Counted from the first letter of the stretch, positions 1-13,495 are shown. The stretch is 32,000 nucleotides of DNA from Saccharolobus solfataricus (GCF_900079115.1 NZ_LT549890.1:210001-242000), one strand, 5' to 3'. A program made the numbers and translations. The notes: a model not told the origin generated them from the letters alone.

Positions 1-938
1 CTTATTTGGAATTTAAAGCAATCATGGATAAATGCATAATTTTGGAAGATTTCAAAGAAATAATCTCAGATAAGGTACAAAGTATACTACTCAGCGAAAA
101 TGCCATAATTGTTCCTAATAGGAGCTTAGCGGTTTATGTAGGTTATGATGGAATAGAAAAAATGAAAACGAAAGTCTTCGGCAATAGATATATGTTACGA
201 TGGGAAGAAAGGATAGGTGAGAAAAATTATTATAAAATACTAAATGAGGCGAAGATCTCTATACCCAAATTATTCAAACCAGAAGAGATTGATAGACCAG
301 TAATAGTTAAACTACCTGAGGCCAAAAGGAAAGTTGAGAGAGGATTCTTTTTCGCTGTAAACAAGGAAGATTTCGAAGCTAAACTCAACGAATTATTGAG
401 AAATAACGTAATAGATAATGAAGGTTTAAAAAATATGGTAATAGAGGAATTTGTGTTTGGAGCTCACTTTAATCTTAACTACTTCTACAGCCCAATATTT
501 AATAGATTAGAATTAATAAGCGTGGATAGAAGAATTCAAAGTGACTGGGATAGCTTATATAGATTGCCTGCTGACATTCAAATAAAATTAGGTAGGATAC
601 CAAAACTAATAGAGGTTGGCCATGAGCCAGTAACAATAAGAGAAAGCTTGTTGGAAAAAGTCTTTGAGATAGGATATAGGTTTGTAGACGCCACACAAAA
701 ACTTGAGCCCCCTGGGATAATAGGACCCTTTACTCTACAAGTTATGGTGACCCCAGATTTGGATCTTGTCGTATACGATGTTGCCCCAAGAATTGGAGGT
801 GGTACAAATGTATATATGGGAACTGGGAGTCAATACTCTAAATTTTACTTCGGAAAGCCAATAAGTTTAGGAAGAAGAATAGCATTAGAGATAAAGCATG
901 CTATAATAAATAATCTTACCGAAAAAATACTAACTTAA
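1..938 (+). CDS. purP: FAICAR synthetase PurP (ATP-grasp), probably 5'-truncated by the window edge
   Basis: The frame is open from base 3 and the ORF track starts at a TTG at 6. The ATP-grasp-like body carries IIGPFTLQ and APRIGGGTN segments typical of archaeal PurP. purA lies directly downstream. Confidence 0.7.
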   Translation, partial: YLEFKAIMDKCIILEDFKEIISDKVQSILLSENAIIVPNRSLAVYVGYDGIEKMKTKVFGNRYMLRWEERIGEKNYYKILNEAKISIPKLFKPEEIDRPVIVKLPEAKRKVERGFFFAVNKEDFEAKLNELLRNNVIDNEGLKNMVIEEFVFGAHFNLNYFYSPIFNRLELISVDRRIQSDWDSLYRLPADIQIKLGRIPKLIEVGHEPVTIRESLLEKVFEIGYRFVDATQKLEPPGIIGPFTLQVMVTPDLDLVVYDVAPRIGGGTNVYMGTGSQYSKFYFGKPISLGRRIALEIKHAIINNLTEKILT

Positions 939-1062
939 TATGTCATTATGATTTTTACGTTAATTAAGAAGATGTTATCGAAGTATCTAGGTTTCTATAA
1001 TGACAGATAAGGCATAGATATACTTAAATAAGATAAAGTAGAGGTATACAAAACGGTGTTTA

Positions 1063-2070
1063 ATGCTAGAATTAATTATTGGAGGATTTTTTGGTGATGA
1101 AGGAAAGGGAAAAGTAGCGGCATATTTGGGTATTAAAGATAGACCAAAATTAAGCGTGAGGACGGGATCTATTAATGCCGGGCATACCGTTACATATTCA
1201 GGGAGGATATGGAAGCTAAGGATCATCCCATCTGCATTTATAAATAAATCTACCGAATTAGCTCTAGGTCCTGGGGCGCTCACATCGTTAGACGCCCTAT
1301 TTAAAGAGATGAGGGAAACAGAAACTTATGATAGATTATATATTGATTCTCATGTTGGAATTATAACCGAAGATGAGATAAGAGATGAGAAAAACGACCC
1401 TTATCTTATGAATGTAATTGGAAGCACTGGCCAAGGCGTCGGTTATGCAGAGAGCAAAAGAATATTAAGAAAATTAAAGTTAGCAAAAGATTATAAAGAA
1501 CTTGAAAAGTTTATCATAGATGTTCCTAATAAAATATTGGATTACTTAGATAATGGTCATAATATTCTTATAGAAGGAACGCAAGGACACTATTTAAGTC
1601 TGTACCATGGCGAATATCCATACGTAACTAGTAGAAACACTACTGCATCAGGGGTATTAAGCGAGGCTGGAATAGGACCAAAATATGTGGATCACATAAT
1701 AATTACCTTCAAGAGTTACGTTACCAGAGTAGGAAAAGGTCCACTGGAAGGTGAGTTAACAGAAGAAGATGCAAAAAAACTCGGTTTAACGGAATATGGT
1801 ACCGTAACTGGAAGATTAAGAAGAGTAGCGCCATTTAACGTTAAACTTGCTAGGGAAGCAATCAGAATAAATTCAGCTACAATAGTTGCGATAACTAAAC
1901 TAGACACCTTATTTAAGGACGCATATAGAGTAAGAGAATATGAAAAATTACCTGCTGAGGCTAGGAAGTGGCTAGATGAATTAGAAGAAGAGCTAAAAAC
2001 GCCTATTGGGCTTATTGGAACTGGAGAGGACGCATATGACATGATAGATCTCAGAGAGGAGGTGGGGTAG
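1063..2070 (+). CDS. purA: Adenylosuccinate synthetase (short archaeal form)
   Basis: N-terminal GDEGKGK P-loop, plus GHTV and STGQGVG motifs. 335 aa. Confidence 0.9.
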   Translation: MLELIIGGFFGDEGKGKVAAYLGIKDRPKLSVRTGSINAGHTVTYSGRIWKLRIIPSAFINKSTELALGPGALTSLDALFKEMRETETYDRLYIDSHVGIITEDEIRDEKNDPYLMNVIGSTGQGVGYAESKRILRKLKLAKDYKELEKFIIDVPNKILDYLDNGHNILIEGTQGHYLSLYHGEYPYVTSRNTTASGVLSEAGIGPKYVDHIIITFKSYVTRVGKGPLEGELTEEDAKKLGLTEYGTVTGRLRRVAPFNVKLAREAIRINSATIVAITKLDTLFKDAYRVREYEKLPAEARKWLDELEEELKTPIGLIGTGEDAYDMIDLREEVG

Positions 2071-3480
2071 ATGAGCTCTTATGATGTTGTAATAATTGGA
2101 GGAGGGCCTGCAGGGCTATTTGCTGCATATGAACTAGCGGGTTTAGCTAAAGATAACGTCTCTAACTATAAGATACTGTTAGTCGATAAGGGAGCCAGAG
2201 CAAGTAAAAGAACTTGCCCACTTCTATCACCAAAAGAGAAATGTACATTTTGTGATCCATGCCATATCATGTATGGTTTTGGAGGAGCGGGAACGTTCAG
2301 TAGTGGAATAATAAACCTAAGGCCAGATATTGGAGGAGAATTACATGAAATAACGAGAAGTTGGGATAAGGCACAAGAATTAATAAATTACGTTGACGAT
2401 ATTTTTGTAAAATTTGGAGCGCCGAAGGACAGAGTATTCGAACCAAATATGGAAAAAGTCAGAGAGATACAAAGAAGAGCTGCAAAAGTAGGTGCTGAGT
2501 TCGTTCCAATTAGACAAAGGCATATGGGAACTGATAAAACACCACTAATAATAGAGAATATTGTAAACTATGTCGAGAAGAGGGGAATAAAAATTGGTGA
2601 GCTAACTGAGGTTATAGACATAGAAAAGAAGGGGAACAAATTCTTTCTCAAAACTTCAAGAGGCGAAATAGAATCTAGAATAGTCCTCGTAGCTCCAGGT
2701 AGAGCCGGGGCTAAATGGTTCTATGAACAATCTAAAAAATTAGGAGTAGATACCATACCAGGACCGTTAGATATAGGAGTCAGAGTAGAAACAGAGTCGT
2801 TTGTATTTGACGAACTTACAGAAGCTGTGTGGGATCCTAAGGTTATACTATACTCTAAGAGATATGATGATAAAGTAAGAACGTTCTGTGTTAACCCAAG
2901 AGGATATATTATGAAAGAGGTTTATGATGATGGAACTATTGGAGTTAATGGAGAAACCTATGTCGATAAAAAGAGTAATAATACTAATTTCGCATTCTTA
3001 ACAACTATTAAGCTTTCAGATCCACTTGAGGATACTATAGAATACGGTAAAAGTATAGCTAGACTAATGACTAGACTAGGTGGCGGTAAACCAATATTAC
3101 AGAGACTTATAGATTTTCAAAAAGGAAGAAGGAGCACATGGGAGAGAATAAATAGATCCACTGTAAAACCCACTCTAAGAGATGTGACACCGGGAGACAT
3201 AAGCATGGGACTTCCTTATAGGGTAGTAGATAATCTAATAGATGGTTTAGAAAGGTTAGATAGCATAGCACCAGGTATATTCTCTTCTAATACGCTGTTA
3301 TATGCACCAGAAATAAAATATTATAGCGTTAGGGCTGTTGTGGATAATAACATGGAAACTGTGGTTGATAATCTATTTGCAGCCGGTGATGGAACTGGAC
3401 TTTCTAGGGGGATAAATGTCGCTGCGGCAACTGGAATACTAGCTGCTAGAGGTATCGCTATAAAACTAGGGTTAGATTAA
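2071..3480 (+). CDS. FAD-dependent oxidoreductase (COG2509-like uncharacterised dehydrogenase)
   Basis: N-terminal Rossmann dinucleotide motif [14 protein letters not shown] and C-terminal AAGDGTG FAD motif. The start abuts the purA stop. Confidence 0.6.
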   Translation: MSSYDVVIIGGGPAGLFAAYELAGLAKDNVSNYKILLVDKGARASKRTCPLLSPKEKCTFCDPCHIMYGFGGAGTFSSGIINLRPDIGGELHEITRSWDKAQELINYVDDIFVKFGAPKDRVFEPNMEKVREIQRRAAKVGAEFVPIRQRHMGTDKTPLIIENIVNYVEKRGIKIGELTEVIDIEKKGNKFFLKTSRGEIESRIVLVAPGRAGAKWFYEQSKKLGVDTIPGPLDIGVRVETESFVFDELTEAVWDPKVILYSKRYDDKVRTFCVNPRGYIMKEVYDDGTIGVNGETYVDKKSNNTNFAFLTTIKLSDPLEDTIEYGKSIARLMTRLGGGKPILQRLIDFQKGRRSTWERINRSTVKPTLRDVTPGDISMGLPYRVVDNLIDGLERLDSIAPGIFSSNTLLYAPEIKYYSVRAVVDNNMETVVDNLFAAGDGTGLSRGINVAAATGILAARGIAIKLGLD

Positions 3481-3506
3481 TATATCACGTTATCACTTTT
3501 TAAATT

Positions 3507-4490
3507 ATGAATTTAGTCGAAATTTCAGATATTGATAAGGAAATATTAATGAAACTAGAGTACGAATTTCCCTTTGATCCTCAACCTTTTAATATTATTA
3601 GCGACGGTTTAAAAATATCTGAGGAGGAATTATTAAATAGAGTTAAAAAATTATTGGAAGATGGTATAATCAAAAGAATAGGTATGTATGTTAGTTTTAG
3701 AGCAAAAGGAATGGATGGGGCGTTAATTGCAGCACGTATACCTCAAGATAAAATAGAAAAGTTTAGAAAGATTGCACTAGGAATCAGAGAATTAACTCAC
3801 AATTATGTTAGAGATCATCCAAAGTTTAACATATGGTTTGTTTTAAAGGCAAATGATAGAGATACATTAAACGAGAATGTTAAAGAATTACTTAGTCATG
3901 TAGAGAGTAATGATTATGTTATATTATATTCTAAAAAAACATTGAAATTAAGCGTAAAATACGATGTTATAAGAGGTGTATCATGGAGTCCTAATAATAC
4001 CATAAGGAGTCTTAGTAAAGTTCCTACTGCTGAAGAATTAGGGATAAACAAACAACTACTAACCGAGTTATCTTATCCACTAAAAATCTCACAAAGACCA
4101 TTTAAAGAAATAGCGGAAAAATACAAAATGAAAGAAGATGAATTGGTCGAATTAATTAAGGAATTATATGATAAAAATGTAATTAAAGATTATGGAGCAA
4201 CGCTTAATGGAGAGAAAATAGGAATAGTTGAAAACGGCATGGTTCTACTAGATACTAGTAATGTAGAACAAGCTTGTGAAAAACTAGCTTTAAACATTCC
4301 AGAAGCTACGCACGTAGTACTTAGAGAATCTAATGATGAAAACTGGAAATATTTATGCTATAGTATGATACATGCGAGCAAGAAAGAGACTATAAGAAAC
4401 GTAGCAAAAGAGATTTCAAAAGAAACAAATTCAAGAAGTTACATGATACTATTTAGCCTAGAGAATCTAAAACCCGGGATCGTTATTTAG
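3507..4490 (+). CDS. Tandem AsnC/Lrp-like protein resembling a fused siroheme decarboxylase AhbA/AhbB (NirD/NirL-like)
   Basis: There are two internal repeats. Each begins with an HTH-like segment (FPFDPQPFNIISDGLKISEEELLNRVKKLLEDGIIKRIG and YPLKISQRPFKEIAEKYKMKEDELVELIKELYDKNVIKDYG). Confidence 0.5.
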   Translation: MNLVEISDIDKEILMKLEYEFPFDPQPFNIISDGLKISEEELLNRVKKLLEDGIIKRIGMYVSFRAKGMDGALIAARIPQDKIEKFRKIALGIRELTHNYVRDHPKFNIWFVLKANDRDTLNENVKELLSHVESNDYVILYSKKTLKLSVKYDVIRGVSWSPNNTIRSLSKVPTAEELGINKQLLTELSYPLKISQRPFKEIAEKYKMKEDELVELIKELYDKNVIKDYGATLNGEKIGIVENGMVLLDTSNVEQACEKLALNIPEATHVVLRESNDENWKYLCYSMIHASKKETIRNVAKEISKETNSRSYMILFSLENLKPGIVI

Positions 4491-5276
4491 CTTAGAGAAA
4501 GATCCTTTTATTTTTAATACAGATGTGGATTTAACTAGCTTTTCAATAAACTCACGATTTGAGATACCGCCTTCATACTCTAAATAAAAATAATATTGCC
4601 AAGGTATAGATTTCAGTGGTCTAGAATAGATCATCGAAATATTTATGTTGTACTCATAAAATACTTGAAGAACTTTATAAAGAGCACCAGGTTTATGAGG
4701 AACAGTAAATAATATCATGGACTTATTTCCATTAGAGTTCATTTCCTTAGATAGAACTATGAATCTAGTATAGTTATTATGTGAGCTAATAGTAATGAGA
4801 ACTTTCAAATTATAAAGTTTGGCTGCAAAATTAGAACAAATAGCTGCTGCCTCTGAATCTTGAGACACAATCTTTGCTGCTTTTGAAGTGCTTTCTACAG
4901 GTATATATTCATTAAAGCCTAATTCCTTTAACTTTTCTCTAGCTTCGTTAAATGCGTGAGGATGCGAGTATATTCTCTTAATCTGACTCAAATTATCACT
5001 TCTTGCTGCTAGAACTAGTTCTATCTTTTTCTCAATCTCGCCTATAACATATATATTATCATAATTGTAGAGATTATCAAGCGTTTCATTTACTGGTCCT
5101 TCGAGGCTATTTTCTATGGGAACTATGCCTATTGAACTTTCTCTTTCATAAACTCTCTTAAATACTAAAGATATCGTTGATTCTGCCTTAAGATCTTTTC
5201 CTTTAAACAAACTAGCTGCTTCGTGTGTAAAACTTCCCTCTGGACCTAAATAATAAATTCCATCCGCATCTACCAC
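4467..5276 (-). CDS. pheA: Prephenate dehydratase with C-terminal ACT domain
   Basis: IYYLGPEGSFTHEAA N-terminus, TRF motif (NYTRFIVL) and an ACT-like tail. The 3' end overlaps the convergent gene by 24 nt. Confidence 0.8.
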   Translation of the reverse strand: MVDADGIYYLGPEGSFTHEAASLFKGKDLKAESTISLVFKRVYERESSIGIVPIENSLEGPVNETLDNLYNYDNIYVIGEIEKKIELVLAARSDNLSQIKRIYSHPHAFNEAREKLKELGFNEYIPVESTSKAAKIVSQDSEAAAICSNFAAKLYNLKVLITISSHNNYTRFIVLSKEMNSNGNKSMILFTVPHKPGALYKVLQVFYEYNINISMIYSRPLKSIPWQYYFYLEYEGGISNREFIEKLVKSTSVLKIKGSFSKLNNDPGF

Positions 5277-5304
5277 CTAAATCTCTACATAGAAGACTTA
5301 TAAA

Positions 5305-6522
5305 CTATTCTACAATTTTCACGTCTATTCCCTCGTTTGCCAGATTTGTCAGAAGTAAGGTAATAGCCTCTGAAGACTGAAGCTCGAAAGTTATATATAT
5401 TTTAGTGTATCCAGGCAATACATCACTACTGTGCCTATCATGAACAATATCTATTATATTACCTCTGATCTTAACTACATAGCTTAATACTTTATTTAAC
5501 TGTCCTGGCTTATCTGGAACTATTACCCTCACTTTGACTACCCTTTTTTGTCTATATAAAAACTTCTCTGTTAGAGTAGACAATAATGATAAGTCAATAT
5601 TTCCCCCACTTACTAATGAAATTACTTTTTTGTCTATTCCATTTACTTTAACCTTCCCTGAAATTAGTGACGCTAATGCTGCAGCTCCTGCTCCTTCTGC
5701 TAGCGTTTTACTTCTTTCAAGTAGTAAAACTATTGCCTCAGCTATTTCTTCATCATCCACTAATACTATATCATCTACTAACTCATTAATTATACTAAAG
5801 GTTAATTCAGAAGGAGACTTAACCAATATGCCATCAGCTATGGAATAACTAGGCTCTATTTCTACAAGCCTCCCAAGATCCTTAGAAACCTTCATTGAAG
5901 GAGAAGAAGAAGACTGAACGCCTATTATCTTGACGTTTGGGAATCTATACTTTAAAGCTATACTTATACCAGAAATCAATCCTCCACCCCCTATTGGAAT
6001 AATTACGTAATCTGGTTCGATATCATACAATTCTAATCCTATGGTACCTTGACCCGTTATCACATCTAAATCACTATAAGGATGAACAAATATTAAACCA
6101 GTATTTTGAATCAATTCTTCCGCTTTCTTCATACTCTCATGCAAGTACTTACCATAAAGAACTACTTCTGCCCCATAGGATTTTGTAGCTAAATACTTGG
6201 AAGCTGGAGCTGTTTCTGGCATCACTATAGTCGATTTGATATTTAACGTGGAGGCTGCATAAGCAACTCCTTGAGCATGATTACCTGCTGAAACTGCAAT
6301 AACGCCATTCTTTTTTTCTTCCTCCTTTAAAGATAATAACTTATTAAAGGCACCTCTAACTTTGAATGATCCAGTTTTCTGTAGATTTTCCAACTTAAGA
6401 TAAACTTTTGCGTTTATAATTCTGGAAAACGTTGTAGAATAATCTATTGGAGTAATATGCACATATTTTTCTATTTTCTCTTTTGCTAGTCTAATTCTAT
6501 CAAAATATTCTAAGTAATTCAT
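5305..6522 (-). CDS. ilvA: Threonine ammonia-lyase (threonine dehydratase), PLP-dependent with a regulatory C-terminal domain
   Basis: PLP lysine motif [16 protein letters not shown] and glycine loop [10 protein letters not shown]. 405 aa. Confidence 0.8.
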   Translation of the reverse strand: MNYLEYFDRIRLAKEKIEKYVHITPIDYSTTFSRIINAKVYLKLENLQKTGSFKVRGAFNKLLSLKEEEKKNGVIAVSAGNHAQGVAYAASTLNIKSTIVMPETAPASKYLATKSYGAEVVLYGKYLHESMKKAEELIQNTGLIFVHPYSDLDVITGQGTIGLELYDIEPDYVIIPIGGGGLISGISIALKYRFPNVKIIGVQSSSSPSMKVSKDLGRLVEIEPSYSIADGILVKSPSELTFSIINELVDDIVLVDDEEIAEAIVLLLERSKTLAEGAGAAALASLISGKVKVNGIDKKVISLVSGGNIDLSLLSTLTEKFLYRQKRVVKVRVIVPDKPGQLNKVLSYVVKIRGNIIDIVHDRHSSDVLPGYTKIYITFELQSSEAITLLLTNLANEGIDVKIVE

Positions 6523-6545
6523 CTGTAAAACCCTGCCTTCATCAA

Positions 6546-7061
6546 TTACTCAGATCTCGAGGGCTTCTTCATAATCTCATTAACTTTTGTATTTAATTTT
6601 TTAAACGTATCGCTGAGTGTTTCTGGCATGACCTTAGTGTTAAAAATGACCGGCATAAAATTGGAATCACCATTCCATCTCGGCACGATATGAACGTGAA
6701 TATGAGATTCTATACCTGCTCCTGCCACTCTACCTATGTTTACGCCTATATTAAAACCGTCTGGAGCATAAATATCTCTTATAGCTCTTATTGCAATAGT
6801 AGATAAAGTAAATATGTCTAATGCCTCATCATTACTTAAAAGCTCAACTGAAGGGACGTGTCTGTAAGGAACAACCATCACATGAGCGGTATTATAGGGA
6901 AAAGCGTTGAGTATTATAAAAGCGTGTTTTCCTCTATATACTATGTAATTTTGTTCGTCATTTTCTTCTTTTATTACTCTACAAAATAAGCATTCATCTT
7001 GTTTTACCTTGCTAGTTTCAGAAATATATTTAGCTCTCCATGGTGCCCATAAAATATCCAT
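6546..7061 (-). CDS. HIT (histidine triad) family nucleotide hydrolase/transferase
   Basis: Histidine triad HIHVHIVPR. 171 aa. Confidence 0.8.
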   Translation of the reverse strand: MDILWAPWRAKYISETSKVKQDECLFCRVIKEENDEQNYIVYRGKHAFIILNAFPYNTAHVMVVPYRHVPSVELLSNDEALDIFTLSTIAIRAIRDIYAPDGFNIGVNIGRVAGAGIESHIHVHIVPRWNGDSNFMPVIFNTKVMPETLSDTFKKLNTKVNEIMKKPSRSE

Positions 7062-7100
7062 AAGTAAAATAGACTATAATAACACATAAAATATTAACTT

Positions 7101-8075
7101 TTACTCTTCCGCATCCCTTATTCCTTCTTCAGTTAATGCAAACACTACTTCTCCTTCTGGCAAATGTGGAGCATCGACAACTCTAGCTATTCTTCTATTT
7201 CCTCTACTCTTCTTAAGTTGAATTCTTATACCCGGTACATGATAAAGAGTATGACCACCAACTGCCACAGTAGGGTCTCCATAAAACATATCTGGCCTAG
7301 CCATTACTTGATTAGTTATAATCACTGCAATATCGTAAACCTCTGCAAGTCTAGTTAATTGGTGTAAGTGCTTGTTTAGCTTTTGTTGCCTTACGGCCAG
7401 ATTTTCTCTTCCAGGATACTCTGCCCTAAAATGAGAAGTTACAGAATCCACAACAATTAATTTAATTGAAGGGTCTTTACTAACTAACTCTTGTAAGTCA
7501 TCAACAATAGCTATCTGATGATCCGTATTTATCGCTCTTATATAATATATGTTATTCATAACATTATCGATATCCAATCCTAGAGCCTTAGCCATATTTT
7601 CAATTCTTTCCCATCTGAAAGTACCTTCTGTATCAATGTAAACTGCCTTACCAGATAAGCCACCTTTCTCTGGTGGTAGTTGTACATTAACACTTAACTG
7701 ATGACATAGCTGTGTTTTACCAGACCCAAACTCACCGAAGAATTCCGTCATAGTTCTAGTTTCTATACCTCCAGCTAAAAGACCATCTAATGCTTGACTA
7801 CCAGTAGATATCTTCTTAACGTTCATTCTCTCCTTTTTGACTTCCAGGGCCGTCTTAAATCTTATATCTAATGCGTCTCTCGCTTCTTTAATTATCTTTT
7901 GTGCTGTAGATAATGGAATGCCAGCTGCTACACTTAGATCTTGTGGAGATGCAACGGCTAAGGTTTCTAAGGAAGAGTAACCCGCTTCGATTAGCTTATT
8001 AATTACAGTCTGACTAATCCCAGGCAAATCGTTAATGGTTTTTATATTCTTTTTCTGTTCAACTTCATTTGACAT
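7101..8075 (-). CDS. radA: DNA repair and recombination protein RadA
   Basis: N-terminal HhH domain, Walker [10 protein letters not shown] and Walker B LIVVDS. GGTGA lies about 5 nt upstream of the ATG. Confidence 0.95.
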   Translation of the reverse strand: MSNEVEQKKNIKTINDLPGISQTVINKLIEAGYSSLETLAVASPQDLSVAAGIPLSTAQKIIKEARDALDIRFKTALEVKKERMNVKKISTGSQALDGLLAGGIETRTMTEFFGEFGSGKTQLCHQLSVNVQLPPEKGGLSGKAVYIDTEGTFRWERIENMAKALGLDIDNVMNNIYYIRAINTDHQIAIVDDLQELVSKDPSIKLIVVDSVTSHFRAEYPGRENLAVRQQKLNKHLHQLTRLAEVYDIAVIITNQVMARPDMFYGDPTVAVGGHTLYHVPGIRIQLKKSRGNRRIARVVDAPHLPEGEVVFALTEEGIRDAEE

Positions 8076-8131
8076 CTATTATCACCAGTCACTTATACTA
8101 GAAAAATACCTCTACTTTCTAATTTTTATAT

Positions 8132-8677
8132 TTATCCTCCGCGCCTTAAATACCATCCTATATCTTTAACTGGTATTACCTCATGCACTCCTCTCTTCTT
8201 ACTTTTAACCTTTGCATAAGCTATAAAATTATTCATTTTATCTACAATTATCACATCTTTATAATTATATGCATAATTGATATATATAGGTTTTTTATAT
8301 ATAATCTTATAGATTAAATTGTAATTGAATATAACTAGTTTATTCTCACATATCTCGGCTAAATATCTTCCAAAAGCTAAAGTAGGCAAGATCTCAGACA
8401 TATCGTAAATAATTATTGGTATACCGATAGAGTAGGGATGAAGCCCTTTGCTTAATAGACCACTTAGGAACTCTAGTAGACGATCCTTATCTACATTATT
8501 AGTAAGCATAAATAGCTGATTATATTTGCCTTTAAGTTCATAGAACGACTTGTTACATATAAATTCACTCAATTTATTCATACAATTATATCTTGAGAAA
8601 ATAACCTCAAGTTTAGATCTAACTTCGTCTATCCTAGCCTCACTAAAACTCATCCTTATTCCTTCTTTAAAAGGCAT
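8132..8677 (-). CDS. NIP7-like pre-PUA/PUA protein (UPF0113 family). The true start may be the Met at 8653.
   Basis: The C-terminal PUA-like ending ([15 protein letters not shown]) resembles NIP7/UPF0113 tails. It lies immediately downstream of a NOL1/NOP2/Sun methyltransferase. Confidence 0.45.
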   Translation of the reverse strand: MPFKEGIRMSFSEARIDEVRSKLEVIFSRYNCMNKLSEFICNKSFYELKGKYNQLFMLTNNVDKDRLLEFLSGLLSKGLHPYSIGIPIIIYDMSEILPTLAFGRYLAEICENKLVIFNYNLIYKIIYKKPIYINYAYNYKDVIIVDKMNNFIAYAKVKSKKRGVHEVIPVKDIGWYLRRGG

Positions 8678-9675
8678 AAGAAAAACCCCTCCGTGCCTTG
8701 CTTATGTGGGAAAAATCTTAAACAATTCTTCACATCGTTACTAAATCTAGTAGTATAATACTCTATATATCCGTTAGAGGCAGGATATCCTTCTACACTC
8801 ATTGCCTTCATACCTAATTCTTCGATAGCGAAATTAACAATTAATTCGTCCTCTTCTGGTGCTACACTACATGTGGAATAAACAATATAACCTCCCTTTT
8901 TCAAGAGTTCATATGCGATCTCAATTAGAGATAACTGCAAGTGCGCAAAATCCCTTAAGTCGTCCATTGTGGTTTTATATCGTCTAGTAGGGTCCTTCTG
9001 TATTAATCCTTCACCACTACAAGGCGCATCTAATAATATTTTATCAAATTGAGATTTGTTTATATTTATTAAATTTAAGGCATCAGTTTTAATTAGCACC
9101 ACGTTTTCAGCACCTAGCCTATTAACGTTACTGAGAAGAGCTCTTATCCTACTACGCTTCTTCTCAACTGCTATCACCAAACCTTTATTCTGCATAATTT
9201 GAGATAATTGTGTAGTTTTTCCGCCTGGTGCTGCAGCCATATCCAAAACAAAATCATCATATGAAGGATTTAGAACGTATGCAGGTACCATAGAGGCTAG
9301 ACCTTGGATATGATAATATCCCATTAGATACTCGAGTGTAGAACCTAAAGATGGCTTAGGTGGAGTTCTTTTAACTACATAGCCATGCTGCAACCACTTA
9401 ACTTTTTCCAAAACAAATCCTTTCTCTAACATTATCTCTTCTAATTTTTTGCAATCAGTTTTCAGTGTATTACATCTAATGCTCTTTTTTAATGGAAAGC
9501 TACAAGAATTTAAATATTCTTCTAATTCTTCTTCAGTACTAAACATATTCAAATATCGCTCAATCATATAATCTAAAAATCTGTACTTAGATGCTAACCT
9601 TTTAGCCTTATAGCTAGGAGAAATTTGAAACAAATTGTAATGTGCACTTAAATACTTCGCTATGCGATTTTCCAT
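8656..9675 (-). CDS. NOL1/NOP2/Sun-family RNA (cytosine-C5)-methyltransferase
   Basis: SAM motif [10 protein letters not shown], catalytic motif [10 protein letters not shown] and motif VI YSTCS. Confidence 0.85.
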   Translation of the reverse strand: MENRIAKYLSAHYNLFQISPSYKAKRLASKYRFLDYMIERYLNMFSTEEELEEYLNSCSFPLKKSIRCNTLKTDCKKLEEIMLEKGFVLEKVKWLQHGYVVKRTPPKPSLGSTLEYLMGYYHIQGLASMVPAYVLNPSYDDFVLDMAAAPGGKTTQLSQIMQNKGLVIAVEKKRSRIRALLSNVNRLGAENVVLIKTDALNLININKSQFDKILLDAPCSGEGLIQKDPTRRYKTTMDDLRDFAHLQLSLIEIAYELLKKGGYIVYSTCSVAPEEDELIVNFAIEELGMKAMSVEGYPASNGYIEYYTTRFSNDVKNCLRFFPHKQGTEGFFLCLLKKE

Positions 9676-9684
9676 CAGAGAATA

Positions 9685-10245
9685 ATGATCGAAAAAGAGG
9701 TTAAAATAGTAGTTGAGTATCCATCATTAGAGGAGTTAAGAGAATCATTAGGAAAGGATATGAAATTATTAGATGTAGAAAAACAAGAAGATGTCTATTT
9801 TAATTATGTTTACCGAAATTTCAAAATAACCGATGAAGCAGTTAGAATAAGGATTAACAACAAGGGAATAGAGCTTACATATAAAGGGCCTAAATTGCAT
9901 TCCTCATTAAAGGCTAGAGAAGAAATATCTATAACTGTAAATGACCTTAATAAAACAATTGAACTTCTGAGGAAAATAGGGTTTTATCCCGTTATAACTA
10001 TCAAAAAGACTAGAATAAATTACTTAGATAAATCATTTATTGTGTCATTAGATTTAGTCAAGGACTTAGGTCAATTTATAGAAATAGAGGCTATTAATGA
10101 AATTAGCGATCAAGAGATCCAGAACTATACTTCCAACTTTATTAGAAAATATAAGATAAAAGGAAAGTTAACGACAAAATCTTATCTGGAGCTATTAATT
10201 GATAAATATGAGGCGAGTTCCAAATCAAATAGCAATACTTACTGA
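9685..10245 (+). CDS. CYTH-domain triphosphate tunnel metalloenzyme (CyaB-like class IV adenylyl cyclase/triphosphatase)
   Basis: N-terminal ExExK signature (EKEVKIV). The size and alternating beta-strand pattern are typical of CYTH. Confidence 0.7.
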   Translation: MIEKEVKIVVEYPSLEELRESLGKDMKLLDVEKQEDVYFNYVYRNFKITDEAVRIRINNKGIELTYKGPKLHSSLKAREEISITVNDLNKTIELLRKIGFYPVITIKKTRINYLDKSFIVSLDLVKDLGQFIEIEAINEISDQEIQNYTSNFIRKYKIKGKLTTKSYLELLIDKYEASSKSNSNTY

Positions 10246-11044
10246 CTTTGGGCTTAACGATAACTATAACGGGGTAATGGAGGCAGTAATAAAGAAAATA
10301 AACCCAGAGGCCAAAATCACATACATAAGTGGAAATAGCAAACCTTTTAATCTAATTGCAGGTGCGTATTTATTATATACCTCTTATAAATATTTTCCTA
10401 GGAATACGATATTTCTTGTAGTTATAGATCCAGGAGTAGGTACTAGTAGAAGACCCTTAATAATAAAAACAAAAAACTACGTATTTATAGGACCAGATAA
10501 TGGTGTATTATATCCAGCCATAACTTCTGAGGAAATAGTAAAAATAATAGAGATAAAAAACGAAAAGTTATATTTAGCTAAAACGATTTCAAATACCTTC
10601 CACGGTAGAGATATCTTCTCCGTAGCTGCTGCTTTTATCTCGATTGGAGTAGAAATTGATACATTCGGAAACCAAGTAAGATACGAAGATCTTACAAAAT
10701 TAAATTTTACCTATAAACCATCAAAAAGTGAAATTTGTGGAAAGGTACTTTACATAGATCATTTCGGAAATGTAGCAACTAGCATACCCAAAGAAGTTTT
10801 GTTAAACAACTTCAAATATGACGAAAACATAGAGATAAAAGTAAATAACTCCAAACATAAGTGCAGATTCGTGAAAACCTTCGGTTATGGAATGGAAAAC
10901 GAGTTGTTGATCTACTTCAACGGTTATTTTCTGGTCGAGATAGGAATTAATAAAGGGAGTGCAAAAGATAAATTAAACGTTAGAGAAGGTGATGAGATCT
11001 GTCTAGAGGGTTATATCCAGGAAGATTTCAGCCATTCCATCTAG
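10199..11044 (+). CDS. SAM hydroxide adenosyltransferase / SAM hydrolase (DUF62 family)
   Basis: [18 protein letters not shown]-terminus, VIDPGVGT and TFHGRDIF motifs. It overlaps the CYTH gene by 38-47 nt. Confidence 0.75.
   Translation: MINMRRVPNQIAILTDFGLNDNYNGVMEAVIKKINPEAKITYISGNSKPFNLIAGAYLLYTSYKYFPRNTIFLVVIDPGVGTSRRPLIIKTKNYVFIGPDNGVLYPAITSEEIVKIIEIKNEKLYLAKTISNTFHGRDIFSVAAAFISIGVEIDTFGNQVRYEDLTKLNFTYKPSKSEICGKVLYIDHFGNVATSIPKEVLLNNFKYDENIEIKVNNSKHKCRFVKTFGYGMENELLIYFNGYFLVEIGINKGSAKDKLNVREGDEICLEGYIQEDFSHSI
10988..10992 (+). promoter_or_regulatory. GGTGA Shine-Dalgarno-like motif 6 nt upstream of CTG 10999 (putative NMNAT initiation site)
   Basis: Sequence gaaGGTGAtgagatCTG, lying inside the 3' end of the DUF62 gene. 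Confidence 0.4.
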
Positions 11045-11517
11045 GTCATTTAAATGTAATTAAGTGGAGCTTAGAGAGAGTAGACGAGTTAATAATTTTA
11101 GTAGGTAGTTCGCAAGAAAGCCACACTGTAACCAATCCCTTTACCGCAGGAGAAAGAGTAGAAATGATAAGAAATTCCCTTAAGGATGTTGGAATGGATT
11201 TATCTAGAATATATATAATACCAATGCCAGATATTTTAATGAATAATATTTGGGCACACTACGTGAGTACTTATACCCCTAAATTTGAAGTTGTATTCGC
11301 CAGAAATCCATTAGTAGTTAGAATATTCAAGGAAGCAGGATATAAAGTAGAGATTCCTCCAGCTTTTAATAGAGAAAAATATAACTCAACTTATATTAGA
11401 CGTCTTATAATCTTGAATGACAATTGGAGTGAGCTAGTACCAAAACCAGTATATAAATATATCTTAGAAATTAAAGGGGATCAAAGATTAAGAGAGATAG
11501 TAGGTACAGATAAGTAA
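10999..11517 (+). CDS. nadM: Nicotinamide-nucleotide adenylyltransferase (archaeal NadM type). The start codon is uncertain; the ORF-track ATG at 11164 would delete the active-site motif.
   Basis: The in-frame stop-free extension 10996-11163 encodes [22 protein letters not shown]...[16 protein letters not shown]. This is the HxGH nucleotidyltransferase motif and aligns with my memory of M. jannaschii NMNAT. The C-terminal part is IRRL...VP..V..YI.EIKG..RL. Confidence 0.8.
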   Translation: MSRGLYPGRFQPFHLGHLNVIKWSLERVDELIILVGSSQESHTVTNPFTAGERVEMIRNSLKDVGMDLSRIYIIPMPDILMNNIWAHYVSTYTPKFEVVFARNPLVVRIFKEAGYKVEIPPAFNREKYNSTYIRRLIILNDNWSELVPKPVYKYILEIKGDQRLREIVGTDK

Positions 11518-11522
11518 ATTTT

Positions 11523-13236
<1,714 letters not shown>

Positions 13237-13300
13237 CTCTTAACTTACTTTTACTGATACATCTTTTAAGACGGATGTTATTTAACTGGGGAGTAAAAAA

Positions 13301-13322
13301 CCCCTTTGTTTCCACTGGAGAA
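13301..13322 (-). promoter_or_regulatory. Origin recognition box (ORB), the copy nearest cdc6-1
   Basis: The reverse complement is TTCTCCAGTGGAAACAAAGGGG, with the dyad TCCA-n-TGGA plus a G-string. Confidence 0.8.
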
Positions 13323-13359
13323 CTTAAGGTAAATATAAATTAAGTTTACCAGAGACCTA

Positions 13360-13381
13360 CCCCATTGTTTCGTTTGGAAAA
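13360..13381 (-). promoter_or_regulatory. Origin recognition box (ORB), middle copy
   Basis: The reverse complement is TTTTCCAAACGAAACAATGGGG. It aligns with the other two copies. Confidence 0.75.
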
Positions 13382-13474
13382 TTATTAATATGATATAAGC
13401 CTAGAATTGTCTTCTTATCAATTCCTTTTGTATAATGTTTATCTTATTTATCTCAATTAGCTAGATTAAGTAAT
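13382..13474. other. AT-rich spacer between inverted ORBs, the candidate duplex unwinding element
   Basis: About 93 bp, very AT-rich, bracketed by oppositely oriented ORBs. Confidence 0.6.
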
Positions 13475-13495
13475 TTCCAGAGGAAATAGATGGGT
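13475..13495 (+). promoter_or_regulatory. Origin recognition box (ORB), inverted relative to the other two
   Basis: TTCCAGAGGAAATAGATGGGT on the + strand. Confidence 0.75.

Noticed and set aside
1716-2042. 108-aa ORF antisense to purA. The same reasoning covers 499-696, 987-1283, 5534-5848, 7164-7358, 8550-8744, 11993-12220, 12431-12616, 14760-14978, 15041-15247, 16214-16444, 16410-16604, 16805-17008, 18683-18985, 19209-19397, 20535-20741, 26369-26605 and 29057-29287.
   Set aside because: All are nested antisense to, or out of frame with, genes that have strong family signatures. None shows motifs of its own. I treat them as non-coding shadow ORFs.
10992-11000. The identical 9-mer ATGAGATCT at both problematic starts (10992 and 23875), considered as a shared signal or cloning scar
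   Set aside because: AGATCT/GATC-containing strings occur many times in this window (for example near 2047, 6553, 7937, 10690, 15570, 18630 and 18722). The two ATGs are offset differently from the true frames (+1 and +2). Most likely a coincidence.
10996-11044. A programmed -1 frameshift fusing the DUF62 protein to NMNAT
   Set aside because: The frames differ by -1 and overlap 46 nt, but there is no X XXY YYZ slippery heptamer in the overlap. A GGTGA-6nt-CTG arrangement gives a simpler independent-initiation explanation.
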